From Hyphomicrobiales bacterium (lineage in GTDB: Bacteria; Pseudomonadota; Alphaproteobacteria; Rhizobiales; Beijerinckiaceae): a stretch of 59,267 nucleotides of DNA. The stretch lies in the NCBI GenBank assembly GCA_019246665.1, contig JAFAQA010000524.1:1-59267 (forward strand), written 5' to 3'. The translations under genes and the position numbers were made by a program. The notes below the pieces were generated by a model. That model worked only from the letters and a program-made list of their open reading frames with translations, had not been told where the DNA came from and did not search any database. The first letter of the stretch is position 1, and every line of letters begins with the position of its first letter. Below, piece after piece: positions 18,971 through 28,646 of the stretch.

Positions 18971-20336
18971 GGCGCGGCGCGTTCTCATCGTCGGCGCGGG
19001 ACCGGCCGGCGTCGCGGCCGCCGCGGTTCTCGCGGCGCATCGGCAGCGGCCTTTCCTGATCGACGAAGGGCATGCTCCGGGCGGGCAAGTCTATCGGCGT
19101 GCCTCGGCGCCCGTTGCGCTCGACATCAAGGCGCTGTTCGGCTCCCAGGTTGGAAAATACGAGCGCCTTCACGCGACCTTCGCAGGGCTCGCCGGCTCTG
19201 TCGAGCATCGACCGCGAACTCTGGCCTGGGCCGTGCACGAGCGCGCGGTGCACACGCTTGCCGAGGGCAAGGCCGAAGTACATCCCTATGATGCCCTCAT
19301 CCTCGCCACTGGCGCGACCGATCGCCTGCTGCCTGTGCCGGGATGGACGCTGCCCGGCGCCTACGCACTCGGTGGCGCGCAGACTCTGCTGAAGGACCAG
19401 GGCTGCCTCATCGGCCGGCGCGTCGTGTTCTGCGGCAGCTCGCCGCTTTTGCATCTTGTGGCGCTGCAATACCAAGCCGCTGGCGGTGAGGTCGCCGCGG
19501 TCGTCGACACGACAACAACCGGTGCCAAGCTCGCCGCGGCGCCCGTGCTCGCCGCGAACGGCTTCGCCACGCTGCTGCGCGGCCTCAGCTACATGGCAGC
19601 GCTTCGCTGTAAGGGGGTGCGGATCCATCACGGGACCCGCCTCGTCGCCATCGAGGGCGAAACTCATGTGACCGGCCTGCGCTTCCGCGACAGGCGCGGT
19701 AATGAGCATCGCGTTGAGGCGGATGCGGTGGCGATCGGCTTTGGTTTGCGCGCGGAGACGCAGCTCGCCGAGCTCGGCGGGGCGCGGCTGCGCTACGACT
19801 CTGTCTTCCGGCAATGGCTACCCGACGTCGACGCGGATGGGCGCTGCGCGCCTGGCCTCTACGCCGCGGGCGATGGCTGCGCCATCGGAGGCGCGGACGC
19901 AGCCGAGGAGAGCGGCCAGCTCGCAGCCTATGCGGCGCTTGCCGATCTCGGCATCGCGGCGCCGAACGCGCGGATGGCGCGGCTGCGCGCCCACGTCGCA
20001 AGACTGAGGCGGTTCCAACGCGGCCTCGCTAAGGCCTTCGACTGGCCGCATAGCTGGCCGATGGACATGCCCGACCAGGTCATCCTGTGCCGCTGCGAGA
20101 ACGTCACGCTGGGCGAGGTTCGCGCGACATTGCGCGAGGACATCCCGCCCGCCGACGTCAACCGCGCCAAGGCCTTCACGCGCTGCGGCATGGGACGGTG
20201 CCAGGGCCGCTTCTGTGGGCTGGCGCTCGGCGAATTGATGGCCGCCGAGACGGGGACAGCTCATGAGCGGACAGGCTGGCTCAGGGCGCAGGCACCCGTG
20301 AAGCCGGTGCCGGTCTCCACGGCCTTCCCGTCGTGA
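18963..20336 (+). CDS. FAD/NAD(P)-dependent oxidoreductase, OoxA/HcnB-like, with BFD-like 2Fe-2S domain
   Basis: GAGPAG, ATGA.DR..PVPGWTLPG, CRCE, RCGMGRCQGRFC and QAPVKP motifs. Confidence 0.9.
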   Translation: MAEARRVLIVGAGPAGVAAAAVLAAHRQRPFLIDEGHAPGGQVYRRASAPVALDIKALFGSQVGKYERLHATFAGLAGSVEHRPRTLAWAVHERAVHTLAEGKAEVHPYDALILATGATDRLLPVPGWTLPGAYALGGAQTLLKDQGCLIGRRVVFCGSSPLLHLVALQYQAAGGEVAAVVDTTTTGAKLAAAPVLAANGFATLLRGLSYMAALRCKGVRIHHGTRLVAIEGETHVTGLRFRDRRGNEHRVEADAVAIGFGLRAETQLAELGGARLRYDSVFRQWLPDVDADGRCAPGLYAAGDGCAIGGADAAEESGQLAAYAALADLGIAAPNARMARLRAHVARLRRFQRGLAKAFDWPHSWPMDMPDQVILCRCENVTLGEVRATLREDIPPADVNRAKAFTRCGMGRCQGRFCGLALGELMAAETGTAHERTGWLRAQAPVKPVPVSTAFPS

Positions 20337-21544
20337 CGACGCGGTTGCGCACCGAAGTGGCGATCATCGGCGGCGGGCTCATGGGCTCGTGGACCGCCTA
20401 TTTTTTGCGACGCCGCGGACTTTCCGTCGCGCTGATCGACAAGGGCGAGATCGGTGCTCAATCGAGCGGCGTAAATTTCGGCAATCTGCGCCTGCAGGGC
20501 CGCCATCCCGGCCAGATTCCGCTCGCACTGCGGGCCGACGCAGTATGGGACAGGATCGTCGAGCACCTGGGCGAAGCTTGCGAGTTCGAGCGCGGCGGAC
20601 ATCTCTATCTCGCTTTCGACGAGGCGCAGATGGCGAAGCTCGGACACATGGCCGAGGACATGTTCCGCTGCGGCGTTCCCGTCAAGCTCCTCGGAGCCGC
20701 CGGGCTGCGTGCCCGCTGGCCGTGGCTTGGCGCCGGCGTGGCGGGCGCCTCCTGGTCGGCGCGCGACGCCACGGCCAATCCGCGCCTCGTCACGCCCGCC
20801 GTGGCGCGTGCGGCGCGGCGCCTTGGAGCCGAAATCCTGTCCGGCACACGCGTCTCAGCCTTCGCGAAGGACGGCGAACGCTTCCGTCTCGCGACCGATC
20901 GCGACCTCGAGATCGAGAGCGACGCTCTGGTCAACACTGCCGGCGCCTGGGGACCTCAGATCGCCACCGTTTTTGGCGAGTCGGCGCCCGTCTTCGCGGC
21001 CGGGCCTCCGCAATTCGTGACTGAGCCTCTCCCATATTTCATCGGCCCGTCCGTTCAGGCGGCGGATGGGCGTGTGATCTTCCGCCAGGTCCGCCGCGGC
21101 AATGTCGTCGTCGCCGGCTATCCGCGCGGCGCCTCCGACCCCGTTGCCAACCGAGCGCCTGTCGACCCCGCACGCACTCTCGCGGCCATGCAAAGCCTCG
21201 TCGAGGCTGTGCCGCGCCTCGCCGGCACCTCGGTCATCCGCGTGTGGTCGGGCATCGAAGGTTATCTGCCCGATATGCTGCCGGTGATCGGCGTCAGCCG
21301 CACGACACGCGGCCTCTTGCATGCTTTCGGCTTCTGCGGCCATGGCTTTCAGCTCGGACCGGGCGTCGGCCTCACCCTCGCCGAGCTGCTTGTCGACGGC
21401 GGGACGTCGATACCCCTTTCCGATTTCGACATCGGCCGTTTCGCCGGCGAGGTCGCTCATGACGAGCGCCTCTCACGAGAGTTCGACAGCGCCTCGCTCG
21501 CGGCGACGGGCTGGAGTGCGGCGGGCAAAGCAACACTGCCGTGA
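20333..21544 (+). CDS. FAD-dependent D-amino acid oxidase-family subunit, OoxB/HcnC-like
   Basis: GGGLMG, QSSGVNFGNLR.QGR, WSGIEGY.PD..PVIG and GFCGHGFQLGP motifs. Confidence 0.9.
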   Translation: MTTRLRTEVAIIGGGLMGSWTAYFLRRRGLSVALIDKGEIGAQSSGVNFGNLRLQGRHPGQIPLALRADAVWDRIVEHLGEACEFERGGHLYLAFDEAQMAKLGHMAEDMFRCGVPVKLLGAAGLRARWPWLGAGVAGASWSARDATANPRLVTPAVARAARRLGAEILSGTRVSAFAKDGERFRLATDRDLEIESDALVNTAGAWGPQIATVFGESAPVFAAGPPQFVTEPLPYFIGPSVQAADGRVIFRQVRRGNVVVAGYPRGASDPVANRAPVDPARTLAAMQSLVEAVPRLAGTSVIRVWSGIEGYLPDMLPVIGVSRTTRGLLHAFGFCGHGFQLGPGVGLTLAELLVDGGTSIPLSDFDIGRFAGEVAHDERLSREFDSASLAATGWSAAGKATLP

Positions 21545-21571
21545 CCGAGGCGTGGTGACTGAGCCCTTTCA

Positions 21572-21627
21572 TTGACAGGCCGGCGACAGTCGCCATAATT
21601 CGATACATAGGATCGTATTGCAATACG
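21572..21627 (+). promoter_or_regulatory. Sigma70-like promoter with palindromic operator
   Basis: TTGACA (21572)-16 bp-CATAAT (21594), then the perfect palindrome CGTATTGCAATACG (21614-21627). Confidence 0.7.
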
Positions 21628-21638
21628 CGGGGTCGGCG

Positions 21639-22412
21639 GTGTCGGATTTCATCATGTCGGAGAAGCACGGTGCCGTGAGGCTGCTTATCCTCAACCGGCC
21701 GGAAATCCTCAATGCATGGCACGCCAAGATGCGCGACATGCTGGTGACCAAGCTGGAGGAGGCCGAGGCCGACCAAGGCGTGCGCGCCATCGTCATGACG
21801 GGGAGCGGTGAACGGGCTTTCTGTGCCGGCCAGGACCTCAATGAGACGAAGACCTTCGATCCCGACCGTGCGGAGGAATGGATGAAGGAGTGGGAGCTGC
21901 TCTACGGCACGATCCGCTCACTGTCGAAGCCGCTCGTCATGGCGCTGAACGGGCTCGCGGCCGGATCCGGCTTCCAGGTCGCGCTGCTGGGCGACTTTCG
22001 CATAGGCCATTCGGACGTGACCATGGGCCAGCCCGAGATCAATTCAGGCATCGCCAGCGTGACCGGGCCGTGGATCATGCGCGAAATCCTTGGTCTCGCG
22101 CGCACGATCGATCTGACCTTGAGCGGACGCATGATGGACGCGCAGGAATGTCACGCCATCGGCATTATCAATCGCATCGTGCCGGCAAGCCAGGTGCTGC
22201 CGGCAGCCATGGCGCTGGCCAAGGAGCTCGCCGAAAAGCCGCCGGTCGCGATGCGTCTCAACAAGGCGCGCTTCAAGGAGGTGACCGAGGCGAGCTTTCG
22301 GGAGTGCATCGCGGCCGGCATTCGCAATCAGAGGATCGCTTACGGCACGGGCGAGCCGGCGCGCGAGATGGAGAAGTTCCTGGCGTTGCGCGCGGCCAGG
22401 AAGCGCGGCTGA
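21639..22412 (+). CDS. Enoyl-CoA hydratase/isomerase (crotonase) family protein
   Basis: LNRPE.LNA, AFCAGQDL, KP...ALNG.AAGSG and QPEINSG. Start is uncertain (GTG 21639 or ATG 21654). Confidence 0.9.
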   Translation: MSDFIMSEKHGAVRLLILNRPEILNAWHAKMRDMLVTKLEEAEADQGVRAIVMTGSGERAFCAGQDLNETKTFDPDRAEEWMKEWELLYGTIRSLSKPLVMALNGLAAGSGFQVALLGDFRIGHSDVTMGQPEINSGIASVTGPWIMREILGLARTIDLTLSGRMMDAQECHAIGIINRIVPASQVLPAAMALAKELAEKPPVAMRLNKARFKEVTEASFRECIAAGIRNQRIAYGTGEPAREMEKFLALRAARKRG

Positions 22413-22427
22413 AGACCGCTTGCGGAG

Positions 22428-24008
22428 ATGGTGATGCTGGAGGAGGCGCAGCAAGGCTTCATCGAGTGCTTCGTCGCGCAGGCGAAAGCCACTCCACAGC
22501 GGCTGTTCGCCTCATACGAAGGCGAGCCCGTCTCTTTCGAGCGGCTGCACCGGGCCTCCGAGGCCATCGCCGCGGCGCTGCGCCGCCGCGGCATCGGGAG
22601 CGGTGACCGCGTGGCGGTGATGCTGCGCAATGGGCCGGCGACGCTCGCCGTGCTCTTCGGCCTGGCGAAGGCCGGCACCGTCTGGGTGCCCATCAATGTG
22701 CAGCAGCGCGGCGACGGGCTGCGCTACATTCTCGACCACGCCGATCCGAAGCTCGCCATCGTCGAGGACGATCTCTTGTCCGTGGTGACCGGCTCCGGCG
22801 CGCACCTCGACGCCCGCGCGATCGTCGGAGCCCGGAATGCAGGGGGCTTGCCAGCCTGGCTCGCTCAGGCAGACCTCTTCGGCCAGCCTGCACCCACGTC
22901 AGATGACACATTCGCGATCATGTACACGTCCGGAACCACAGGCCCACCCAAGGGTGTGATGGTGTCCCACCGAATGCTGCGGCTGGCTGGCGAGGGCGCG
23001 GCGCGGGTCGCGGGCGCCCGTGACGGCGACGTTTTCTTCGTCTGGGAGCCACTCTATCACATCGGGGGCGCGCAGCTGCTTGTCGTTCCTCTGCTCAAGG
23101 ATGTCGTGCTCACCATGGTCGAGCGCTTCAGCGCCACTCGCTTCTGGGAACAGGTCAAGGCCTGCGGCGCAACGCATATCCATTTTCTCGGCGGCATCCT
23201 GCAGATCCTGCTGAAGCAGCCTGCATCGCCGCTGGACCGCACCCATGGTGTGCGTATTGCCTGGGGCGGCGGCGCTCCAAGCGACATCTGGCAAACGTTC
23301 CAAGAACGCTTCGGCATCGAGATCCGCGAGTGCTACGGGATGACCGAAGCCTCGAGCATCACGACCTCCAATGAGCTCGGCATCATCGGCTCGGTCGGAC
23401 GGCCGATGCCCTGGCTGTCGGTCGAGATCATGGGCGCGGATGGCCAGCCGGTGGCCCCGGGGCAGCGGGGGGAGATCGTGACGCGCGAGATCGCGCCGGG
23501 CGCCATCACCAAGGGATATTTCCGAAATCCCGAGGCGACCGCCAAGGCGTTGCGCAAAGGGCAGCTCCACACCGGCGACCTCGGCTCATTCGATGAAGCC
23601 GGCAACCTTTATTTCCATGGCCGAATGAGCGACAGCGTGCGTTGCAAGGGCGAGAACGTGTCGGCCTGGGAGGTGGAACACATCGCCGCCTCCCATCCCG
23701 CGGTCGAGGACTGCGCCATGATCGGCGTCAGGTCAGATGTGGGCGAGCAGGACATCAAGTTGTTTCTGAAGCCGCGCGCGGGGGCGGGCATCGATCTCCC
23801 GGCCTTCTCGTCCTGGATCGGCACGCGCCTCGCTCCGTATCAAAACCCCCGCTACCTCGCGCTCGTCGAGGAATTCGAGCGAACGCCTAGCCTGCGCATC
23901 ATGAAGCACAAGCTGTCGCCGGCGGTCGACGACGCCTGGGACCGGCTGTCCGGCGCCGCGCCACCAGGGCCGCTTGCCGCAGCCGCAAAAGAGGACGTTT
24001 CGCCATGA
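22428..24008 (+). CDS. Acyl-CoA synthetase, CaiC (crotonobetaine/carnitine-CoA ligase)-like
   Basis: YTSGTTGPPKG, YGMTE, HTGDLG and GENVSAWEVE motifs. Confidence 0.9.
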   Translation: MVMLEEAQQGFIECFVAQAKATPQRLFASYEGEPVSFERLHRASEAIAAALRRRGIGSGDRVAVMLRNGPATLAVLFGLAKAGTVWVPINVQQRGDGLRYILDHADPKLAIVEDDLLSVVTGSGAHLDARAIVGARNAGGLPAWLAQADLFGQPAPTSDDTFAIMYTSGTTGPPKGVMVSHRMLRLAGEGAARVAGARDGDVFFVWEPLYHIGGAQLLVVPLLKDVVLTMVERFSATRFWEQVKACGATHIHFLGGILQILLKQPASPLDRTHGVRIAWGGGAPSDIWQTFQERFGIEIRECYGMTEASSITTSNELGIIGSVGRPMPWLSVEIMGADGQPVAPGQRGEIVTREIAPGAITKGYFRNPEATAKALRKGQLHTGDLGSFDEAGNLYFHGRMSDSVRCKGENVSAWEVEHIAASHPAVEDCAMIGVRSDVGEQDIKLFLKPRAGAGIDLPAFSSWIGTRLAPYQNPRYLALVEEFERTPSLRIMKHKLSPAVDDAWDRLSGAAPPGPLAAAAKEDVSP

Positions 24009-24757
24009 CTGCCACCACCAAGCCGAGCATCGGCAACGACGCCGACGCGCAGCAGGCGCGTGTCGACCTCGCGGCCATCTTCCGCATGACGGCGCGCCTC
24101 AATATGCACGAGGGCGTGTGCAACCACTTCACCGTCATGCTGCCGGGCCGCCGTTTCCTCATCAATCCAAAGGGCGTCGCCTTCGAGCGCATCACTGCGA
24201 GCGGGTTGCTGCTGATCGACGAGCACGGCGCCACTATCGCGGGGAAGGGGCGCGCGCCGACCACAGGCTTCGCCATTCACACGCGCGTCCACCTCGCTCA
24301 CCCCTACGCCAATGTCGTGCTGCACTTGCACTCGCCCTACTCCACGGCGCTCACCGCCATCCAGGGCGGGCGGCTCGAGATGGTCCACCAGAACGCGGCG
24401 CGCTTCTATGGCGAGATCGCCTACGACGACCATTTCAACGGCATTGCCGAAGCGACCCTGGAGGGCGACCGCATTGCGGAGGCGATAGGGGACAAGCGCA
24501 TCCTCTTCCTCGCCAATCACGGCGTCGTGGTGGTCGGCGAAACTATCGCACGGGCCTTCGACGACTTGTACTATCTCGAGCGCGCCTGCCAGGTACAGGT
24601 GCTGGCCACGCAGACAGGGCGCCCGCTGAAGGTGATGCCGGAGGCGCTCGCCAAGAGCACGCACGACCAGTTCGCCAACTTCACGGTGAACGCCGACCTT
24701 CATCTCGAGGAGATCAGGAACATTCTCGACGAGCAGGAGCCAAGCTACGCCTCATGA
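24005..24757 (+). CDS. Class II aldolase/adducin family protein
   Basis: EGVCNHF, IH..VH, HLHSPY and LANHG metal-binding motifs; LERACQVQ. Confidence 0.9.
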   Translation: MTATTKPSIGNDADAQQARVDLAAIFRMTARLNMHEGVCNHFTVMLPGRRFLINPKGVAFERITASGLLLIDEHGATIAGKGRAPTTGFAIHTRVHLAHPYANVVLHLHSPYSTALTAIQGGRLEMVHQNAARFYGEIAYDDHFNGIAEATLEGDRIAEAIGDKRILFLANHGVVVVGETIARAFDDLYYLERACQVQVLATQTGRPLKVMPEALAKSTHDQFANFTVNADLHLEEIRNILDEQEPSYAS

Positions 24758-25054
24758 TGCAGGCTGTATTGTGCGCTCGCAGCCCGCGCCGTTATGCGGC
24801 CCTTCTGGCTGTCGCTGACTGGCGGCAGCGGCGGGTAGTAGATGGGAGGCCAGGACCCGTCGATGGTGGCAGAACTTCACGCAAGCGGGAAGATTGTCGT
24901 GCATGGAGCAACCGGCTCTATCGCAATTGCGCGCCTGACGGCGGAACACGGCAGGGATCGGCAGCGTTCACGAATAGCGGGCTTTCCCGTAAGCAGCTCA
25001 GCTGCACGGAAAACGGCGCAATCGCTGAGCGGGCAGCCCTCTGCGGAGGCTCCA

Positions 25055-25927
25055 ATGAACATCATCATCTGCGCGACGCGCCGCCGGTTTGCGATTTCCC
25101 GGTTTTGGCTGATAGGGCTCGCCGCAGCCGGTATTGCCGCCTTGCTACAGCCGACAGTTGGCATGGCGCAGTGGTCCGACAATGGAGGCGCGCTGATCGA
25201 CGCTGCCTCCGGTCCGCGGGCATATTCCGCATACCTGCGCGGTGGGCAGCCGTTGCGTCCGAGCGATGCCAGCCACATTTTGCGGGACTGGGGCTTGAGG
25301 TTGCTGTCCGGACCGACGCGGTCTGCCACGTCGTATCAGGCGATTGTCCGGGACGCTGCCGGCCAAGACCTTTTGGCAGCGGTCGACCCCTATGACGGCA
25401 GGATATTGAACTTGGACGTTATCGATAGGGCGCTTGGTATTGCTTCCTTTCCCCGGAGCGATGCTGATGAGAGCCTCGGCCACGAAAGTAACGGCCCCTC
25501 GTCTCCGCCAATTTCCCTGTCACATGGGCGGCGGAAAACGCGGATCGCGACGGGGATTGTCTCCCCTCAATCAGCCAGCAGGGCACCGGTACGCGAAACC
25601 ACTTCTCGACGGCTCGCCGCCGTCGAACCGAGTGTCGAAATTCGTGCGCCCAAGCGAGTTGCCGTGAGATCGCCTGTGTCCCAGGTGCCGAGACCTTCTG
25701 CGGGCCTGGTGCGGCCACGAGGCGAAACCGCCCCTGGTCAGGCAGCCAGCTTAACACCTACCAAGGCACAGCTTAGGAGCGGCGCAGTGCGCACGACCTC
25801 TCCCGTCGCACATGAGGAAGGTGTTTCCACCTCGGCTTCTCCGGCGCCGCCGTCGGTCTCGGAAGCCCAGAAGATCGAGAGGCAACACACGAAACCTGCG
25901 ATCCCAGCCGACGCCGGTTTCGACTGA
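25055..25927 (+). CDS. Hypothetical exported protein with PepSY-like segment and Pro/Ser-rich tail
   Basis: RBS GGAGG, signal-like N-terminus, VDPYDGRIL motif and low-complexity C-terminus. Confidence 0.55.
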   Translation: MNIIICATRRRFAISRFWLIGLAAAGIAALLQPTVGMAQWSDNGGALIDAASGPRAYSAYLRGGQPLRPSDASHILRDWGLRLLSGPTRSATSYQAIVRDAAGQDLLAAVDPYDGRILNLDVIDRALGIASFPRSDADESLGHESNGPSSPPISLSHGRRKTRIATGIVSPQSASRAPVRETTSRRLAAVEPSVEIRAPKRVAVRSPVSQVPRPSAGLVRPRGETAPGQAASLTPTKAQLRSGAVRTTSPVAHEEGVSTSASPAPPSVSEAQKIERQHTKPAIPADAGFD

Positions 25928-26185
25928 TCGTCGATCCGGTGCGGCCATTGCCGATCGAACCCCTCTGCTGACGAAGCAGCATTCTGCGCAATGCCCAGCT
26001 GATCCAAAAGACCGAGGCGTGTGCTCTTAAAATCGTGATACCCGCTTTTCACCCACCAGAAGCGCTATGAAGGCGACATGCCGCTTCTCTGCGTCATGCG
26101 CTTATCGGATGTCGGCAAAGCAACGCCGGTTTCTCTGCAAGTAAAATGGGAATGGTGGCATGGCGGCGCCGTTTCGCTTTGCCGC

Positions 26186-27625
26186 TTAGACGAGGATGGG
26201 TAAACTCAACGGTGCCAGCTCATCGGTTGTACGTCCGCGATAATCACGGCTGACCGACGATGCCATCATGCGGTTCTGAGCTTCCGTAAGCCTCTCGCCG
26301 GCTGCCTTGTGGTCGAGCGTCGTGACTCTGCCTTCGGCCACTACTTGCCGACCCGCGATATATACGTCCCTCACCGCACGATCCGCAGCATGAAAAACGA
26401 GGGAACGCAGCGGATCGCGGACCGGCATCATGTCGGGATGATGCGCATCAACCAGCACGATGTCGGCCTTCGCGCCCGACGCGAGACGTCCGAGGTCGTC
26501 TCGCATCAGCGCCTTGGCGCCCCCCACAGTCGCGGCATGAAAGAGCATGCTGGTCGAGACGTTGTTCACGTCTCGCGAGGCGATACGGGCAAACGTTCCG
26601 GCCTTCCTGATCTCCTCGAGCATGTTGTGAGGAGTCGTATCAGTGCCGATCCCCATGTTCACCCCGGCACGCACATAATCACCGAAGTTCTCCATGATTT
26701 GTCCATAGCGCGCGAACGGAGTCGGGCAGTGCGCGACCGAGCACCCGCTGTCGGCGAGGATGTTCAGGTCATCCTTCGTCCACCAGCGAATCCAGGAATG
26801 TGTGTCGAGAAAAATGGCGTGGCCGAGAATTGAGCTCGGCTCCAGAATGCCGATGTCCTTTGCATGGCGGATGGGTGTTACGCCATGCCGACGGATCATC
26901 TCGTGCACTTCAAGGACTCCTTGCGAGATGTGGACCGTGAAGGGAACGTTGCGGTCCCTCGCGGCGGCGAAACTCTCGCGCAGCAGATCGTCCGAACAAT
27001 TCTCGATCTGTAGAGGGGAAACGATGCCCGAGAGCCGTCCGGAAGGATGGTTGGCAAGGCGATCGATGAAGGCGAGCGAGATCTCCAAGCCTTCCCTGCC
27101 ACGGGCTTCATCCCACTCGAACTCCAGCCTATGGTCGTTCTCGAGCTTCCAACGCGCGCTGGCGAAACCGGGTGCCAGAAAGCCGCGCATCCCGCTCCTG
27201 ACGAAAGCATCGACCCATCCCTCGTAGATCGACGAGATGTCGCATAGCGAGGTGACACCGCTCTTCAACAGCTCGCACAAGGCGACCTCGACGGCTGCCC
27301 GCTTCAGGTCCGGATCGGAGATGTTGAAGGCCTGGCTGCGCTCGTAGAGGCCGGTCATGTACATGTTGCGAACGCCATGCTCCTCGCGTATGCCCCGATA
27401 AGCCGGCTCATGACCGGGGTGCGAATGGACATCGACAAGACCCGGCATCACCAGAAGCCCTTGGCCCTCGACGACGGCGTCGGCCTTTCCCTGAAAGGTT
27501 TCGCCGACATGGATGATCGTGTCCCCCCTGAACGCGACATCGGCGTTCCTGCGGTAGACGTGCCGATATTGGGCCTCGTCCCACGCGATGATCCAGTCCG
27601 CACTCCTGATCAGTGTCGTTCTCAT
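26186..27625 (-). CDS. Amidohydrolase (SsnA/AtzA/MtaD-like superfamily)
   Basis: MPGLVDVHSH, TVHISQ, GHAIF, GTDT and G.KADIV. Start reassigned to MRTTLIR. Confidence 0.9.
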   Translation of the reverse strand: MRTTLIRSADWIIAWDEAQYRHVYRRNADVAFRGDTIIHVGETFQGKADAVVEGQGLLVMPGLVDVHSHPGHEPAYRGIREEHGVRNMYMTGLYERSQAFNISDPDLKRAAVEVALCELLKSGVTSLCDISSIYEGWVDAFVRSGMRGFLAPGFASARWKLENDHRLEFEWDEARGREGLEISLAFIDRLANHPSGRLSGIVSPLQIENCSDDLLRESFAAARDRNVPFTVHISQGVLEVHEMIRRHGVTPIRHAKDIGILEPSSILGHAIFLDTHSWIRWWTKDDLNILADSGCSVAHCPTPFARYGQIMENFGDYVRAGVNMGIGTDTTPHNMLEEIRKAGTFARIASRDVNNVSTSMLFHAATVGGAKALMRDDLGRLASGAKADIVLVDAHHPDMMPVRDPLRSLVFHAADRAVRDVYIAGRQVVAEGRVTTLDHKAAGERLTEAQNRMMASSVSRDYRGRTTDELAPLSLPILV

Positions 27626-27923
27626 GGCGGCCCCTGCTGCAAAACGGCATAAGCGCCCATCCGGGAGCGACGACCCGATCGGCATTTGCGATCAGCGTGC
27701 GGTCGAGCGACTTTCCCGTGCTGCCGGCATGGACATAACAAAACCGCGCGGCTTTTGAGTCCATTAAAAAGAGGAAACGCGGTCGCCGCAACGGCGCGTT
27801 CAAAGACCCCGCTTGCCGGAAGCCGCTTTGGGAAGCTTGATCTTGAAACGCGTCATGTGCGCTGTTAGCTTCGCTTGATCATTCGTCACTGGCTCGTCGG
27901 GCGTTCGTCCAGGAGGATCGGCC

Positions 27924-28610
27924 GTGACCTTTTCGATCGCGGCCTTATGCCGGCGGACGGGCGAAGTCGGGTGCGCGCTCGCGACATCGAGCACGGCAGC
28001 GGGCGCGCGAGCGCCCTTCGTGGCGCCCGGACGAGGGGCCGTTCTATCTCAGGCGCGGTCCGATCCGGCGCTCGGTTTTCTCGGTGTCAAGCTGCTCGAA
28101 GCTGGACGCTCCGCCGAGGAGACACTTGCGGAAATGGTCGCCTCGAATTCCCATTCCGCCTGGCGCCAGCTCGCGGTGGTCGACCAGGTCGGCAATGTCG
28201 CCCATTTCACCGGATCGGAGCCGCTTGCCTCCCGCGGGGCGCGAGTCGGCGACGCCGCGATCGCCATCGGCAACGCCCTCGCCAATGACGACGTCGTGGA
28301 CGCGGTCCTCAAAGGCTTCGGGGCCGCGCCGGACCAGCGTTTGGCCAGTCGTCTCCTGATGGCGCTCGAATACGGCGAGCGGGCCGGCGGGGAAACCTAC
28401 CCGTTGCGCTCCGCCGCAATTAAGGTGGCGCGCCCGAATGTGCCCTTCCCTATCCTCGATCTCAGGGTCGATCATTCGGAAAGTCCGATCGCTGATCTGC
28501 GCCGCATCTGGTTGGAATTCGATCCTATGATCGAAGCTTACGTCACGCGTGCTCTTGATCCGCAGAACTCTCCGGCGGCGGCGACAATCGAGGGTCATCC
28601 AGGGCCCTGA
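27924..28610 (+). CDS. DUF1028 family protein (putative Ntn-hydrolase)
   Basis: MTFSI...TG..G.A..SS..A.GAR start, WRQLAVVD, GN.L, AGGE...RSAA and DLRVD; RBS GGAGG. Confidence 0.88.
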   Translation: MTFSIAALCRRTGEVGCALATSSTAAGARAPFVAPGRGAVLSQARSDPALGFLGVKLLEAGRSAEETLAEMVASNSHSAWRQLAVVDQVGNVAHFTGSEPLASRGARVGDAAIAIGNALANDDVVDAVLKGFGAAPDQRLASRLLMALEYGERAGGETYPLRSAAIKVARPNVPFPILDLRVDHSESPIADLRRIWLEFDPMIEAYVTRALDPQNSPAAATIEGHPGP

Positions 28611-28646
28611 CCCGGCGGATGGTCGCCGGCTTTTCGGGAGCATGAG

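Noticed and set aside
18665-21544. Hydrogen cyanide synthase hcnABC
   Set aside because: Same families, but the location behind an importer and a catabolic regulator favours an opine/D-amino-acid oxidase. No symbol assigned.
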